A program made the translations under genes and the position numbers. The notes beneath the pieces were generated by a model. That model was given only the letters and a program-made list of their open reading frames with translations. It did not search any database and was not told the origin of the DNA. Below, piece after piece: positions 53,681 to 63,187 of a DNA stretch of 64,000 nt. Source of the stretch: Gammaproteobacteria bacterium. Its GTDB lineage: Bacteria > Pseudomonadota > Gammaproteobacteria > GCA-001735895. Positions within the stretch are counted from its first letter, which is position 1. Each line of letters starts with the position of its first letter. The stretch spans positions 32,001-96,000 of the forward strand of contig JBNKUM010000076.1 in assembly GCA_050298595.1 (NCBI GenBank). The letters are read 5' to 3'.

Positions 53681-54160
53681 ATGATTGATATTCAAACCGC
53701 AAATCTTTCCAATCCCCTGCACGGACAGGCCATTGTGACTCTACTGGACGAGTACGCCAGGCACCCAATGGGAGGCGGTGAAGCGCTTCCCGAGTTTACG
53801 CGCAATAATCTGGCAAACGCGCTTGCCTCACGCACTGACTGTACAGTCATTCTTGCCTGGGATGGAGATCGCCCAGTTGGACTATGTAATTGCTTTGAGT
53901 GTTTTTCGACCTTTGCCTGCAAACCGATATTAAATATACACGACGTATATGTCGCAGAGGATTATCGAGGCCAGGGGATTGCCAGTCAGATGATGCAAAA
54001 AGCTGAGCAGCTTGCGCGTGCTAAGGGCTGTTGCAAACTGACTCTCGAAGTTCTTACACACAATAAAGCTGCCAAAGCATCCTATACTGCATCCGGCTAT
54101 GTACCCTACCAGCTTAACAGTGAATTCGGACAGGCTGAGTTTTGGCAAAAATCAATATAA
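53681..54160 (+). CDS. GNAT family N-acetyltransferase
   Basis: FSTFACKPILNIHDV, YRGQGIA, GCCKLTLEV; start 53681 or 53666. Confidence 0.9.
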   Translation: MIDIQTANLSNPLHGQAIVTLLDEYARHPMGGGEALPEFTRNNLANALASRTDCTVILAWDGDRPVGLCNCFECFSTFACKPILNIHDVYVAEDYRGQGIASQMMQKAEQLARAKGCCKLTLEVLTHNKAAKASYTASGYVPYQLNSEFGQAEFWQKSI

Positions 54161-54246
54161 GCTAGTCGCATCAGGATTAGACCAGACCTCACCGTGTGGC
54201 TATAATGCCGCACTTTTAGTAGCACTATAACAACGGTATCTACCCC

Positions 54247-55098
54247 ATGTCTTCAATTGTACTTGATGGAAAAGCCCTCGCCACCCAGTTTGAAACCCAG
54301 CTCACCGAACGTGTCACTGCAATAAAACAGAAGACTCAGGGTGTCACGCCTATTCTGGCTACCATACTGGTGGGAGATGATCCGGCCTCAGAAACCTATG
54401 TCAAAATGAAGGGCAATGCCTGCAAACGCGTAGGTATGGATTCCATACGACTGGTTCTCGATCAAAACACTACCACCGAACAACTGATGGCAGAGATCGA
54501 CCAACTGAATAAAAATCCGGATGTGCATGGGATTCTGCTACAGCATCCCGTGCCTGAACAGATTGATGAACGTCTGTGTTTTGATTCTATTGCCCTGAAT
54601 AAAGATGTCGATGGCGTCACTTCACTGGGATTCGGCAAGATGGCGATGCAGGAATTCGCCTATGGCTCCGCGACCCCGGCCGGTATCATGAGCATATTAA
54701 AGGCATACGATATCGAGCTTTCGGGTAAGCACGCTGTCGTCATCGGTCGCAGCGCCATCCTTGGTAAACCCATGGCGATGATGCTACTTAACGAGAATGC
54801 CACCGTCACCATCTGCCATTCACGCACCAAAGACCTGCCCTCACTGGTAAAACAGGCTGATATCGTGGTAGGTGCTGTAGGCAAGCCTGAGTTAATCAAA
54901 GGTGACTGGATCAAGGATGGGGCTGTGGTCGTTGATGCCGGATACCATCCCGGCGGTATTGGCGACATTGAACTGGATGCCATCAAACAGCGCTGTTATG
55001 CCTATACACCCGTACCTGGTGGCGTAGGACCTATGACTATTGCCACTCTGATCGAACAGACAGTCAGCGCGGCAGAAAGGCATTACGAGATATATTAG
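54247..55098 (+). CDS. folD: Methylenetetrahydrofolate dehydrogenase/cyclohydrolase
   Basis: [43 protein letters not shown]. Confidence 0.97.
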   Translation: MSSIVLDGKALATQFETQLTERVTAIKQKTQGVTPILATILVGDDPASETYVKMKGNACKRVGMDSIRLVLDQNTTTEQLMAEIDQLNKNPDVHGILLQHPVPEQIDERLCFDSIALNKDVDGVTSLGFGKMAMQEFAYGSATPAGIMSILKAYDIELSGKHAVVIGRSAILGKPMAMMLLNENATVTICHSRTKDLPSLVKQADIVVGAVGKPELIKGDWIKDGAVVVDAGYHPGGIGDIELDAIKQRCYAYTPVPGGVGPMTIATLIEQTVSAAERHYEIY

Positions 55099-55212
55099 CA
55101 AATTCTTATATTGTTAATTAACGCCTGATTCTATATACTCTTCGCCATTCTAACCATAAAATAAAATATCCTTTGCTTGTAATATAAGGGATATAAGCGG
55201 AGAGCCTGTCAC

Positions 55213-56067
55213 ATGTTTAACCTGAAATCGGCAATATGGCTGTGCGTATTTGTTCTGACCTCCGTCAGTCAAATCGCATCAGCACAATCCTATTACCCGA
55301 ACAATAACTATCCTGCAAACAACGGATATAACAACTCTAGTTATTACGGGTACAACAATCCCGGTTATGGCAGATACAATAATTCTGGATATAACGGATA
55401 CAATCGCTATAACAATTATCCTCAACCCAGTTACAACAACTATCCACAGCAAAACTATAACAATTACTACAACCAGCAGCCGCCTGCCTATGGCTACGCG
55501 CAACCGGCCTACCCACAGAATTATTACCCCATGCCTCGCTACAACAATGGCTACGGTTACAACAACAATGGCAATGGCTTCAACAGAATGTTCAAGGGCA
55601 ATAAATTTGGTGGTGGTCGAAACTTTGGCGAAGAGCTATGGCCTGGGCGCGGAAGCATCTACGAAGATGCACTACCTATGCATGGCCCCTGGGACAGAAA
55701 CTGGGGTAAAGCACCCTGGAATCGTGATTACGAAAACCTGTGGGAACCGGAAGGTGGGCCCGACAAATGGTTTGATTTCGGTGACCCTAAAGAAGGTATG
55801 GCCAATGCCTGGGAAGACATGCTGTATACCCCGAACGCCCTCGGCACTATGCCTGGTGGATGGAAAGCACCGAGTATCTCGGTACCCAACCCAATTGATG
55901 TAGGTGATGAATTCAAAAATGCCGCGAAAGATATGCCCGATGAAATGCAAAACTTCAGCGAAGGTTTCACCTACGGCGAAGATGGCTACAACGACAATCC
56001 TAACAAAGGTCAGTTTGGTGCGGGTAACAAGAAAAAAGGCATAAACATCGCACCTAAAACACGCTAA
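55213..56067 (+). CDS. Exported protein with N/Y/G/P/Q low-complexity repeats; sulfur-globule-protein candidate
   Basis: Signal peptide ending ASA; about 100 aa of YNN/GY/YP repeats; W/P/G/acidic C-terminal domain; GGAG RBS. Confidence 0.7.
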   Translation: MFNLKSAIWLCVFVLTSVSQIASAQSYYPNNNYPANNGYNNSSYYGYNNPGYGRYNNSGYNGYNRYNNYPQPSYNNYPQQNYNNYYNQQPPAYGYAQPAYPQNYYPMPRYNNGYGYNNNGNGFNRMFKGNKFGGGRNFGEELWPGRGSIYEDALPMHGPWDRNWGKAPWNRDYENLWEPEGGPDKWFDFGDPKEGMANAWEDMLYTPNALGTMPGGWKAPSISVPNPIDVGDEFKNAAKDMPDEMQNFSEGFTYGEDGYNDNPNKGQFGAGNKKKGINIAPKTR

Positions 56068-56083
56068 AAATTAAGGCACAAGG

Positions 56084-56293
56084 ATGTGTACAATCTTAAC
56101 TCTCAACAACACCCGGTCTATGTTGCAGGCCTGGCGCATGATATGGATCGGCCTGGTTATCGGCATCATTCACGTCATAACCTTGGCTGTTTCTCTGAAA
56201 ACCTGTCCGACAACAGCTGGCTCATCCTCAGGTTCATCATCTTCAGGGACCTCAGGCGGATCTTCTGGTGGCGGCGGTAGTGGTGGCTGGTAA
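56084..56293 (+). pseudogene. Remnant Gly/Ser tail of a DUF2207-like membrane protein gene
   Basis: Ends GSSSGSSSSGTSGGSSGGGGSGGW*; an adjacent frame reads ...LGCFSENLS, consistent with the segment normally preceding this tail. Confidence 0.45.
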
Positions 56294-56361
56294 TCACCCT
56301 TAACAACTGTGCTAATTTTATTGCCCACTCATTTAAACTGAATATATTTTAAGGATTAATC

Positions 56362-56988
56362 ATGTCAGGCAACATTCAACAGGTCGCAATATTTTCCAGA
56401 ACACAACGCATTACCCACTGGCTAATAGCCGCTGGCGTTATATTTGAGTTAATCAGTGCATGGCTGGTACAGAATGCAGATGTAGACATCATTGCATGGA
56501 GTGAGTGGCATGTGATGATAGGCCAGGCACTGGCCTTGCCCCTGTTATTGCGCGTTTATTTACTATTAGTACCTGGTCCCACACACTGGCGCGGATTTAT
56601 GCCGACACGCGGTCAACGTCAGCTGTTACTGGAAACACTAAAGTTCTACGCTTCACTGGGTCGCCTGCCCTGCCCCGACTGGTATGCCTACAATCCGATC
56701 TGGCAACCGATTTATCTGATTATAATTGCTGTGCTGGCACTCACTACTGCAACCGGGTTTGCGACAGGCTTTGGGCCAGGCGTACTCAACTGGCACTCGA
56801 CTCTGGCAGCTTTTATCTTATATTTCACACTGGCTCATCTATTTTTTAGTGTGCTGCATGATGTTAAGGGGAATGGCGCTCAAATTTCAGCCATGCTAAA
56901 TGGCAACAAATATTTCCATATCAAACAGGCTACTACACAGATTCCTAAAGAGAACAGTGTTTCGCTGGATAGTTTTATGAAGAAGTAA
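56362..56988 (+). CDS. Cytochrome b, Ni/Fe-hydrogenase cytochrome b-like family
   Basis: 4 TM with heme-ligand His in ITHW, WHVMIG, WHSTL and AHLF; YNP motif. Confidence 0.85.
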   Translation: MSGNIQQVAIFSRTQRITHWLIAAGVIFELISAWLVQNADVDIIAWSEWHVMIGQALALPLLLRVYLLLVPGPTHWRGFMPTRGQRQLLLETLKFYASLGRLPCPDWYAYNPIWQPIYLIIIAVLALTTATGFATGFGPGVLNWHSTLAAFILYFTLAHLFFSVLHDVKGNGAQISAMLNGNKYFHIKQATTQIPKENSVSLDSFMKK

Positions 56989-57002
56989 TACTCGGAAATC
57001 CC

Positions 57003-57509
57003 TTACTTACTTCTGAAATTCCAGGGCGCCACAGCCTTACTTTCCCAAAGTCCTAGAGTATCCTTGCGTGCCTGCAACTCGGCCTCACTATAAATCCGCT
57101 TAAGTTCTTCAGGAAAATCAATATCTTCCCGATAAAACCAGGCGTAACCATCCTTTATTTGTTGTAGATTGATATCCCGATCATCTTTTAAAATACGTGC
57201 CGTAATGCGACCGTATCTATCGCTTTGAATAGTGTCCAGATCAACATATTGATCAAGCACCAGTCTACTCAGGTTGCGCCTTGCCTCTTTACCATACAAC
57301 TGTTCTAACTGAGGGGCATCAATACCCGACAACCAGACTTTGCGGCTGTTATGCTCGGCATCTACCACATACACCGTATCCCCCGCCATCACTTCAACTA
57401 CCCGGCAGGGACAGTTCAAGGTATTTGCCATAACTGGAGAGCCCGTTAAAAAAAACAAAACGATGATCACGAAAAACCAGCTTCGATTTATTGGCCTGTT
57501 CATTCTCAC
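57003..57509 (-). CDS. Thermonuclease (SNase-like) family protein, exported
   Basis: GDT, GIDAPQ..Q.YG, DRYGR, GYAW, GLW, PW. Confidence 0.88.
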   Translation of the reverse strand: MRMNRPINRSWFFVIIVLFFLTGSPVMANTLNCPCRVVEVMAGDTVYVVDAEHNSRKVWLSGIDAPQLEQLYGKEARRNLSRLVLDQYVDLDTIQSDRYGRITARILKDDRDINLQQIKDGYAWFYREDIDFPEELKRIYSEAELQARKDTLGLWESKAVAPWNFRSK

Positions 57510-57907
57510 TTTGTATCGAAATTTAATTGGGAAATAATTTCGTTCAACCTGTTTTGCTGACCATCCATTCCAGTCACTGCAGAATCTTTGCTGGCAGAAG
57601 CCACTTTTCTTAATCGAATCTTTTCAATATATTGCAGGTTACACAGAAGAATGGTTTTCTTGATTTTTTCAAGCTGGTCAGCAATCAGTCCCATATCTCT
57701 GACCCAGGTTTCAATTACGACCCCTTTAGTTTTATCTATTTTTGCACCCGGTTCTAACTTGGAGCCCAGCGAGTTGAAGTCTTCACACCACTCCAGGGGT
57801 GCTTTATGAGAAAGCTTAAAAAACAAATCAATGTAACCCTCTTTGCGCACTCTTGGAGGACGCTCATCGTCAATTCCAGTAATCTTTATATCATTGATTG
57901 AATCCAT
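57506..57907 (-). CDS. Conserved hypothetical protein
   Basis: 133 aa, GGAG RBS, GIDDERPP..RKEGYIDLFFKL; stop overlaps the nuclease start. Confidence 0.75.
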   Translation of the reverse strand: MDSINDIKITGIDDERPPRVRKEGYIDLFFKLSHKAPLEWCEDFNSLGSKLEPGAKIDKTKGVVIETWVRDMGLIADQLEKIKKTILLCNLQYIEKIRLRKVASASKDSAVTGMDGQQNRLNEIISQLNFDTK

Positions 57908-58081
57908 TAATTTTCTCCAAAGTAATAATCAATACGGCATGCTTATTAAAGATGATTTCTGATCTGTAAAGTTCATTTTAGACAGGATTAGAGATCAAGA
58001 GGATAAAGACAGCACTCGTTGATCAATTGCCTTTTGCCATAGCAGTCTAGCATGCATAGTAATCACCCGTAGCATTATAAA

Positions 58082-60400
58082 TCATCGTCCACACCAGTGA
58101 GGTAGTACCATCTGACATAACTTGGATACATCCACCGTCAGCACCAGAGCCTGAGACTCACGAGTGATAACTGAGTAATCCTGTATATCTTCCAGCCTGT
58201 ACAGGTACTTGAGTGATAAGATTTCATTCAAAAACCCGCCCTTCAGGTAAACTGAGCCCAGATCAGTATCATACACATGCTGTCCTTTGGTTTCGTACTG
58301 GTAGCCGATACCCCAGGTTGTTAGTAAAAAAGCGTTACTGTCGTTGTGGTGAATTAAGCCGATACCCAGGCTCGCATAATCATCATCCGCCAGCTCACGT
58401 CCAAAATCATGGTAGCCCAGACTCATATCAATGCTCATATTGGCAAAGGTCAGACCTTTGGGACGATAGCCCAGCTCCAGCAGATTATTCTTCTGACTCA
58501 GGTTAAAACCGTAAGAGACAGAAAATACATCTTTAATCGGTAACGGCCAGATCTGTGAATCATGATGATAAAGATAGGAATCCACCACAGGCTTTGCCAC
58601 CTTTAATGCGGTTCCAATATACTGATTACCCAACTTCCCGGAACAGTTCTCGCAATTTGCCGCAGACTGTTGCATCTGAATAATATTTTCATAGATACCA
58701 GAAACCTTTTCTGCCGTAAACTTTCTACCATCTTTCAGGATACGCTCCATATCGCTGCCATGGCCAAGATCAAGGTCTCCAGCATAAGTATCGAATCTAT
58801 CCAGATAACTGCTGTAATCAACCTGACTACCATGGGTAACACTGACCGTTCCAAAAGATTTCGCTAAAGCGATATTCATATTCTGTTTTTCCCGACAGAT
58901 CACCAGCGATTTATCAAACTCACTGTTATACAGGTAACGAAAGAAATCTACATTTGAATCCTCGTAGGATAACTTCAAACGGGTGTCATCAAAACATTGC
59001 TGAGGCTGTGATTTTATCCATTGCATTAACTCTTCGCGTACACAGCCCTGATACACCGGATCGAATCGATTAATATTCTTTCCTGAGCGCTCGGTACTCG
59101 TATCGCATTGAATTTGTGCGATCAAATGCTGGCCATCGTAGACCCCTACCAGATAGTCATGCAGGCGGTATTCGGCCGCATAAAACGCCCCAAAATGCTC
59201 ATGCAGATCAGCCAGCAAATGATGAAAGCGATTGGTCATATAAAAGCTACGCCTATCGGATTCAATATTTGATAATCGTTTCAAAGCCGAGCGGTATTCA
59301 TTATCAAGTGCGGTTGTAAGTGACTTAATAAAATAAGTTCCATAGTCATATAGCCCGGATATCGAATAATCCTGAACAACTTTTTGCGCTACATTTTCCT
59401 TAGATCGATAAGAATCCGGGTTTATATAAATCAACTTCATCGGTTTCTGCATGCCCGCATTAGTCTTCACCTTGTGGTCATACACATCAAGACTCACCCC
59501 TATCGGTGAGTTATCGAAAAAACCGCCATCACTAAAGTATTCAGTGGTTGCTCTACCTCGGGTGCAGGACTGCCCCTTTTCAAGCTCAAGCGGGTAACAA
59601 TAACTCAGTGGCACGGGTGAAAATGCCAGCGGAAAAGCACTGGATGCCAGCCCCAGATCCCACACATCATCAAATTCAACCAGGCCCAGCTCATTCTCAA
59701 CAAGCAGCAAATAAGGTGTAGGGAACTGGATAGACTCCTTATCCAGAGGTTGGTGGATATCCTTATAATTCCTGAAAGCCAGTTTTTGATTCTCATCGAC
59801 AAATACCTGTAAGGGTATAACAAACCTTTGCAATTTAACGGTTTCACCAATTTCATTGATTTTATATCGATAGGGTTCAACCTTGGTGATAGACATGGTA
59901 ATAATCATACTGCATCCTGCAACAGCATCACGTTCGATTAAGCTTTTTATCAGCTGCTTTTTTTTAAAAAAACCATCCCGATTAAAAATGCCTCGCTGCT
60001 TTGAACTTTTTGCTTGATCTGACATTTCATCTTTTGCAGGCACCAGATCCTGAATACCGATATCCCAGCTCCAGCGCATAAAATTATCACTCTGAGAATC
60101 GTTTAGTGCGATGTCATCCTGAGTTGTAATGCGTTTATCTTTAATGCAGCTATCGACCGCCGACAATACACTATTAATGCTACCTGCCGATGCCCCTGAA
60201 AAGGCAACCACTTCATCCTGTTTTTGCTGCACATAATGTAGCAGTGTACGATTCAATCCGGTCTCATAACTACCCAGACTGATGCCACCCTTGACGGCAA
60301 AATAATATACATCCCTCGCAGCAGCATCGGTTGCTGCCAAAAGTTGAAAACTAAAACAGTAAGCAAGGATAAACAGAATAAGCTTTTGTGGATTTTTCAT
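58082..60400 (-). CDS. Exported patatin-like phospholipase with beta-strand-rich C-terminus
   Basis: Signal peptide; GGISLG oxyanion loop, GASAG nucleophile, ASSAFP, DGG. Confidence 0.88.
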   Translation of the reverse strand: MKNPQKLILFILAYCFSFQLLAATDAAARDVYYFAVKGGISLGSYETGLNRTLLHYVQQKQDEVVAFSGASAGSINSVLSAVDSCIKDKRITTQDDIALNDSQSDNFMRWSWDIGIQDLVPAKDEMSDQAKSSKQRGIFNRDGFFKKKQLIKSLIERDAVAGCSMIITMSITKVEPYRYKINEIGETVKLQRFVIPLQVFVDENQKLAFRNYKDIHQPLDKESIQFPTPYLLLVENELGLVEFDDVWDLGLASSAFPLAFSPVPLSYCYPLELEKGQSCTRGRATTEYFSDGGFFDNSPIGVSLDVYDHKVKTNAGMQKPMKLIYINPDSYRSKENVAQKVVQDYSISGLYDYGTYFIKSLTTALDNEYRSALKRLSNIESDRRSFYMTNRFHHLLADLHEHFGAFYAAEYRLHDYLVGVYDGQHLIAQIQCDTSTERSGKNINRFDPVYQGCVREELMQWIKSQPQQCFDDTRLKLSYEDSNVDFFRYLYNSEFDKSLVICREKQNMNIALAKSFGTVSVTHGSQVDYSSYLDRFDTYAGDLDLGHGSDMERILKDGRKFTAEKVSGIYENIIQMQQSAANCENCSGKLGNQYIGTALKVAKPVVDSYLYHHDSQIWPLPIKDVFSVSYGFNLSQKNNLLELGYRPKGLTFANMSIDMSLGYHDFGRELADDDYASLGIGLIHHNDSNAFLLTTWGIGYQYETKGQHVYDTDLGSVYLKGGFLNEILSLKYLYRLEDIQDYSVITRESQALVLTVDVSKLCQMVLPHWCGR

Positions 60401-60577
60401 ACTGGAGTTCCAGGAGCCCGCTGGCTAAAATTTTTTTTAAATCGTTAAACAGGTTATACATTTTCCTGCTTACAGGTATGATGTAAAACCCTGATTGCTG
60501 AAAGTTAACACTATTTAACCATGATCAGATAACAAAGCATGTTAAATTAATTCCCTATTATTTCACTTACTACAAAT

Positions 60578-61276
60578 ATGCCTTCAGAATTAGTCAATAG
60601 TTCAAACTCAGGTAAATCAGGGATGCGTGCCCGCCACATTTTGTTGATCATAGTCATCACTATATTGCTAACGATGGCTGCAACCTTCTGGTTTGTACGT
60701 AGCTATATATATGCCAAAGACTTTACTCCTGTGCAACTCAATACCAGCGAACAGCAGCAACTGAACCAAAAACTCAAGGTGCTGGGCTATCAGCCAGAAA
60801 CCACCCAACCTCAGAATAATCAGCCAGCAAGCGAAAGTGATGCACAATGGTTAAGACCTGAAGCCTATCAGGAAAACGCCGCAAAACGCGAGGTTAACTT
60901 CAGCGAACGTGAGCTAAATGCCATGATTGCAAACAATCAGGACCTGGCTAAAAAACTCGCCATAGACCTGAGTAATGACCTGATCAGCGCACGCTTACTG
61001 GTACCGCTAGATCCCAATTTTCCCATCATGGGAGGTAAAACCCTCCGCGTTTCTGCAGGCCTCGAAACATCATTCAGCAATGCCCGGCCCAAAGTTATTC
61101 TAAAAGGTGTCAGTCTAATGGGTATAACTATACCCGCTGCCTGGCTGGGTGGACTGAAGAATATTGACCTGATCAGCGAGTTTGGCGATGAAAAAGGGTT
61201 CTGGTCTGGCTTTGCCGACGGTGTGGAAAATATTCAGGTGAGTGAAGGCTTGCTCAAGGTAAAACTAAAACCCTGA
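60578..61276 (+). CDS. Membrane-anchored hypothetical protein
   Basis: N-terminal TM; SERELNA, DP.FP..GGKTL, P.AWLGGLKNIDL. Confidence 0.8.
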   Translation: MPSELVNSSNSGKSGMRARHILLIIVITILLTMAATFWFVRSYIYAKDFTPVQLNTSEQQQLNQKLKVLGYQPETTQPQNNQPASESDAQWLRPEAYQENAAKREVNFSERELNAMIANNQDLAKKLAIDLSNDLISARLLVPLDPNFPIMGGKTLRVSAGLETSFSNARPKVILKGVSLMGITIPAAWLGGLKNIDLISEFGDEKGFWSGFADGVENIQVSEGLLKVKLKP

Positions 61277-61324
61277 GCAGCTAGCTTTGCTATACTGATC
61301 TGCTTCCACCCGAGATCAAGCTTA

Positions 61325-62028
61325 ATGGCCCTGCTGAACATCCAGGATAACGGGGCTCCACAGGAATTCAGCCTGTTTGTTCCAGGCTTTCGCCCCTTTT
61401 TCCTTGCCGCCGGTATTTTCTCGATAGTCAGCATCAGCTTATGGATGGGTATATATGTTTTTGGCCTTAAAATTCTCGCTTACTGGATCTATCCACGCTG
61501 GCTCTTTTTTTATTATTCACACTGGATGAAGTCTTTATCAGATCCGGTGTAACCCCTTATATCTCTGCCATATTGTTCTTCGTCACCAGTCTGCGCCTGT
61601 ATAACTGGCATACGCCTGGCCTGTGGAAAGTCCCCTTGTTGTGGGGTTTATACGGCGCGTTTATGTCGATTAATATCGGCTTTTGCCTGTTTGCCGCTAG
61701 CGCTTTTACTTCTACCATTACATCCACCCTGGCGCTACACGCGATGGCTTTTGGTGGCATAGGGGTAATGACACTATCCATGATGTCACGTATCACCCTG
61801 GGTCATACCGGGCATGATGTACAGCATCCTTCAGCATGGATAGCTCTTGCTCAGTGGCTGCTGTTACTGGGTGCAGTCAGCCGCGTGATACTGCCCATAT
61901 TCCTGCTTAACTATTACGTCTATTGAATAGCGTTATCACAGACACTATGGGTAGCAGCATTTATCATTTTCCTGGCAGTCAACTTCCCCTTGCTAAGCAA
62001 GCCTGGAATTGATGGAGCAGCAGGATGA
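61325..62028 (+). pseudogene. nnrS: Degraded nnrS (internal deletion with frameshift plus premature TGA)
   Basis: N-terminal GFRPFFLAAG; frame change near 61470; then PLLW.L, ALHA...GGIG..TL.MMSRITLGHTG; in-frame TGA at 61924-61926 followed by W..AF..F...P.L.KP..DG. Confidence 0.8.
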
Positions 62029-62131
62029 AAGGAAACATGTTTACTTGCTCCAGCCCAGTAGCCTGACAAAAACTGATTGATAAATCTGGATTAACTATTA
62101 GTATCCACTAATACTATTAAACAGCACTGAA

Positions 62132-63187
62132 ATGATCTTAAAACACCCTATACGCATTACATTTTTCGGCCTTTGTCTGACATTGGCATCACAGCTACAG
62201 GCCGCGCCAGATGGGCTCAAGCTATACAGCAAACACTGCTCGGTATGTCACAACGATGACGGCATGGGCGGTATAGGTCTGCCATTAAACAGTGAAAAGA
62301 TAGAACACTTTCCGCGTGATTACCTGTTTAAAACCATCCGCAATGGTCGTCCCGGTCGCGTTATGCCCGCTTTTAGCAAACTCAGTGATGCACAGGTCAA
62401 TGCCATTGTCGATCACGTACTGAGCTGGAAGAAGAGCAAAAAAATTGATGTTTACAGCCCGCTTGCAGTTGACGGAGACCCACAACGAGGCAAGCCGCTG
62501 TTCGAAGAAAAATGTTCCGCCTGTCATGGCAGGAATGGCAAAAGTAAAGGCACAGGAACCGGAGTCACCCTGTCGCGTGAGCGCAAATTTGCGGTGGTAC
62601 CTCCCGCCTTGAACAATGCAGGCTTCCTGGCCAGTGCCAACGACGAATGGATTAAAAGCACGATCAAACATGGAAGACCCGGCACCATTATGCCCTCACA
62701 GGAAATATTCAAACTCACCGAACAGCAACTCAACGATGTCGTGAGTTACGTACGCAGTTTCGAACTGGAATATACCGAGCAGGACAGCGCAGTAGCCGAA
62801 GCCCCCACCATAGTGGTCGACTCACCTTATGATTTTGTCACCACCGTAAATAATATCAAACAAAGTCTGCAGGGCATGAACTTCCGTTACTTCCCGGATC
62901 GATATCTTGAAATGGGTCTGGCAGATGATGCCGTAATCAACAAAAAACAGTTGTCACTGCGATTCTGTAATTTCAAACAGCTATACAAAATGATCAACAT
63001 CGAACCCCGCCTGGGCGTCGTGCTTCCCTGTCGCCTGACCGTAGTCGAAGCAGACGATGGATCGGTAAAGATTTACGCCATGAATATGAAAGTAGTCTCG
63101 CGACTTTTCAATAACACACAACTCATCGAAGTGGCTACACAGATGCATGCAACCCTACTTGAAATAATCGATGAGGCAACATTATGA
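62132..63187 (+). CDS. Exported diheme class I cytochrome c fused to DUF302
   Basis: Signal peptide; CSVCH...GRPGRVMP; CSACH...GRPGTIMP; C-terminal SPYDF..TV...FCN...LPCRLTV (DUF302). Confidence 0.85.
   Translation: MILKHPIRITFFGLCLTLASQLQAAPDGLKLYSKHCSVCHNDDGMGGIGLPLNSEKIEHFPRDYLFKTIRNGRPGRVMPAFSKLSDAQVNAIVDHVLSWKKSKKIDVYSPLAVDGDPQRGKPLFEEKCSACHGRNGKSKGTGTGVTLSRERKFAVVPPALNNAGFLASANDEWIKSTIKHGRPGTIMPSQEIFKLTEQQLNDVVSYVRSFELEYTEQDSAVAEAPTIVVDSPYDFVTTVNNIKQSLQGMNFRYFPDRYLEMGLADDAVINKKQLSLRFCNFKQLYKMINIEPRLGVVLPCRLTVVEADDGSVKIYAMNMKVVSRLFNNTQLIEVATQMHATLLEIIDEATL

Noticed and set aside
55280-55580. CRISPR array or tandem DNA repeat
   Set aside because: The repeats are degenerate codon-level TAY-AAY-AAY units inside a CDS, with no fixed repeat-spacer period; no CRISPR array was seen anywhere in the window
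57003-60400. Patatin plus nuclease as a CBASS or other anti-phage system
   Set aside because: Both have signal-like N-termini, and no CD-NTase, STAND NTPase or other defence core gene is present
60578-61276. Enzyme assignment such as arginine N-succinyltransferase
   Set aside because: No AstA or GNAT motifs; it is a TM-anchored protein of unknown function
34825-61926. Alternative genetic code, or selenocysteine/pyrrolysine recoding of in-frame TAG/TGA
   Set aside because: TAG and TGA end well-known genes at their normal positions (rpmE2 and hemB TAG; rdgB and sat TGA); the sites look like Trp positions and nnrS is independently broken
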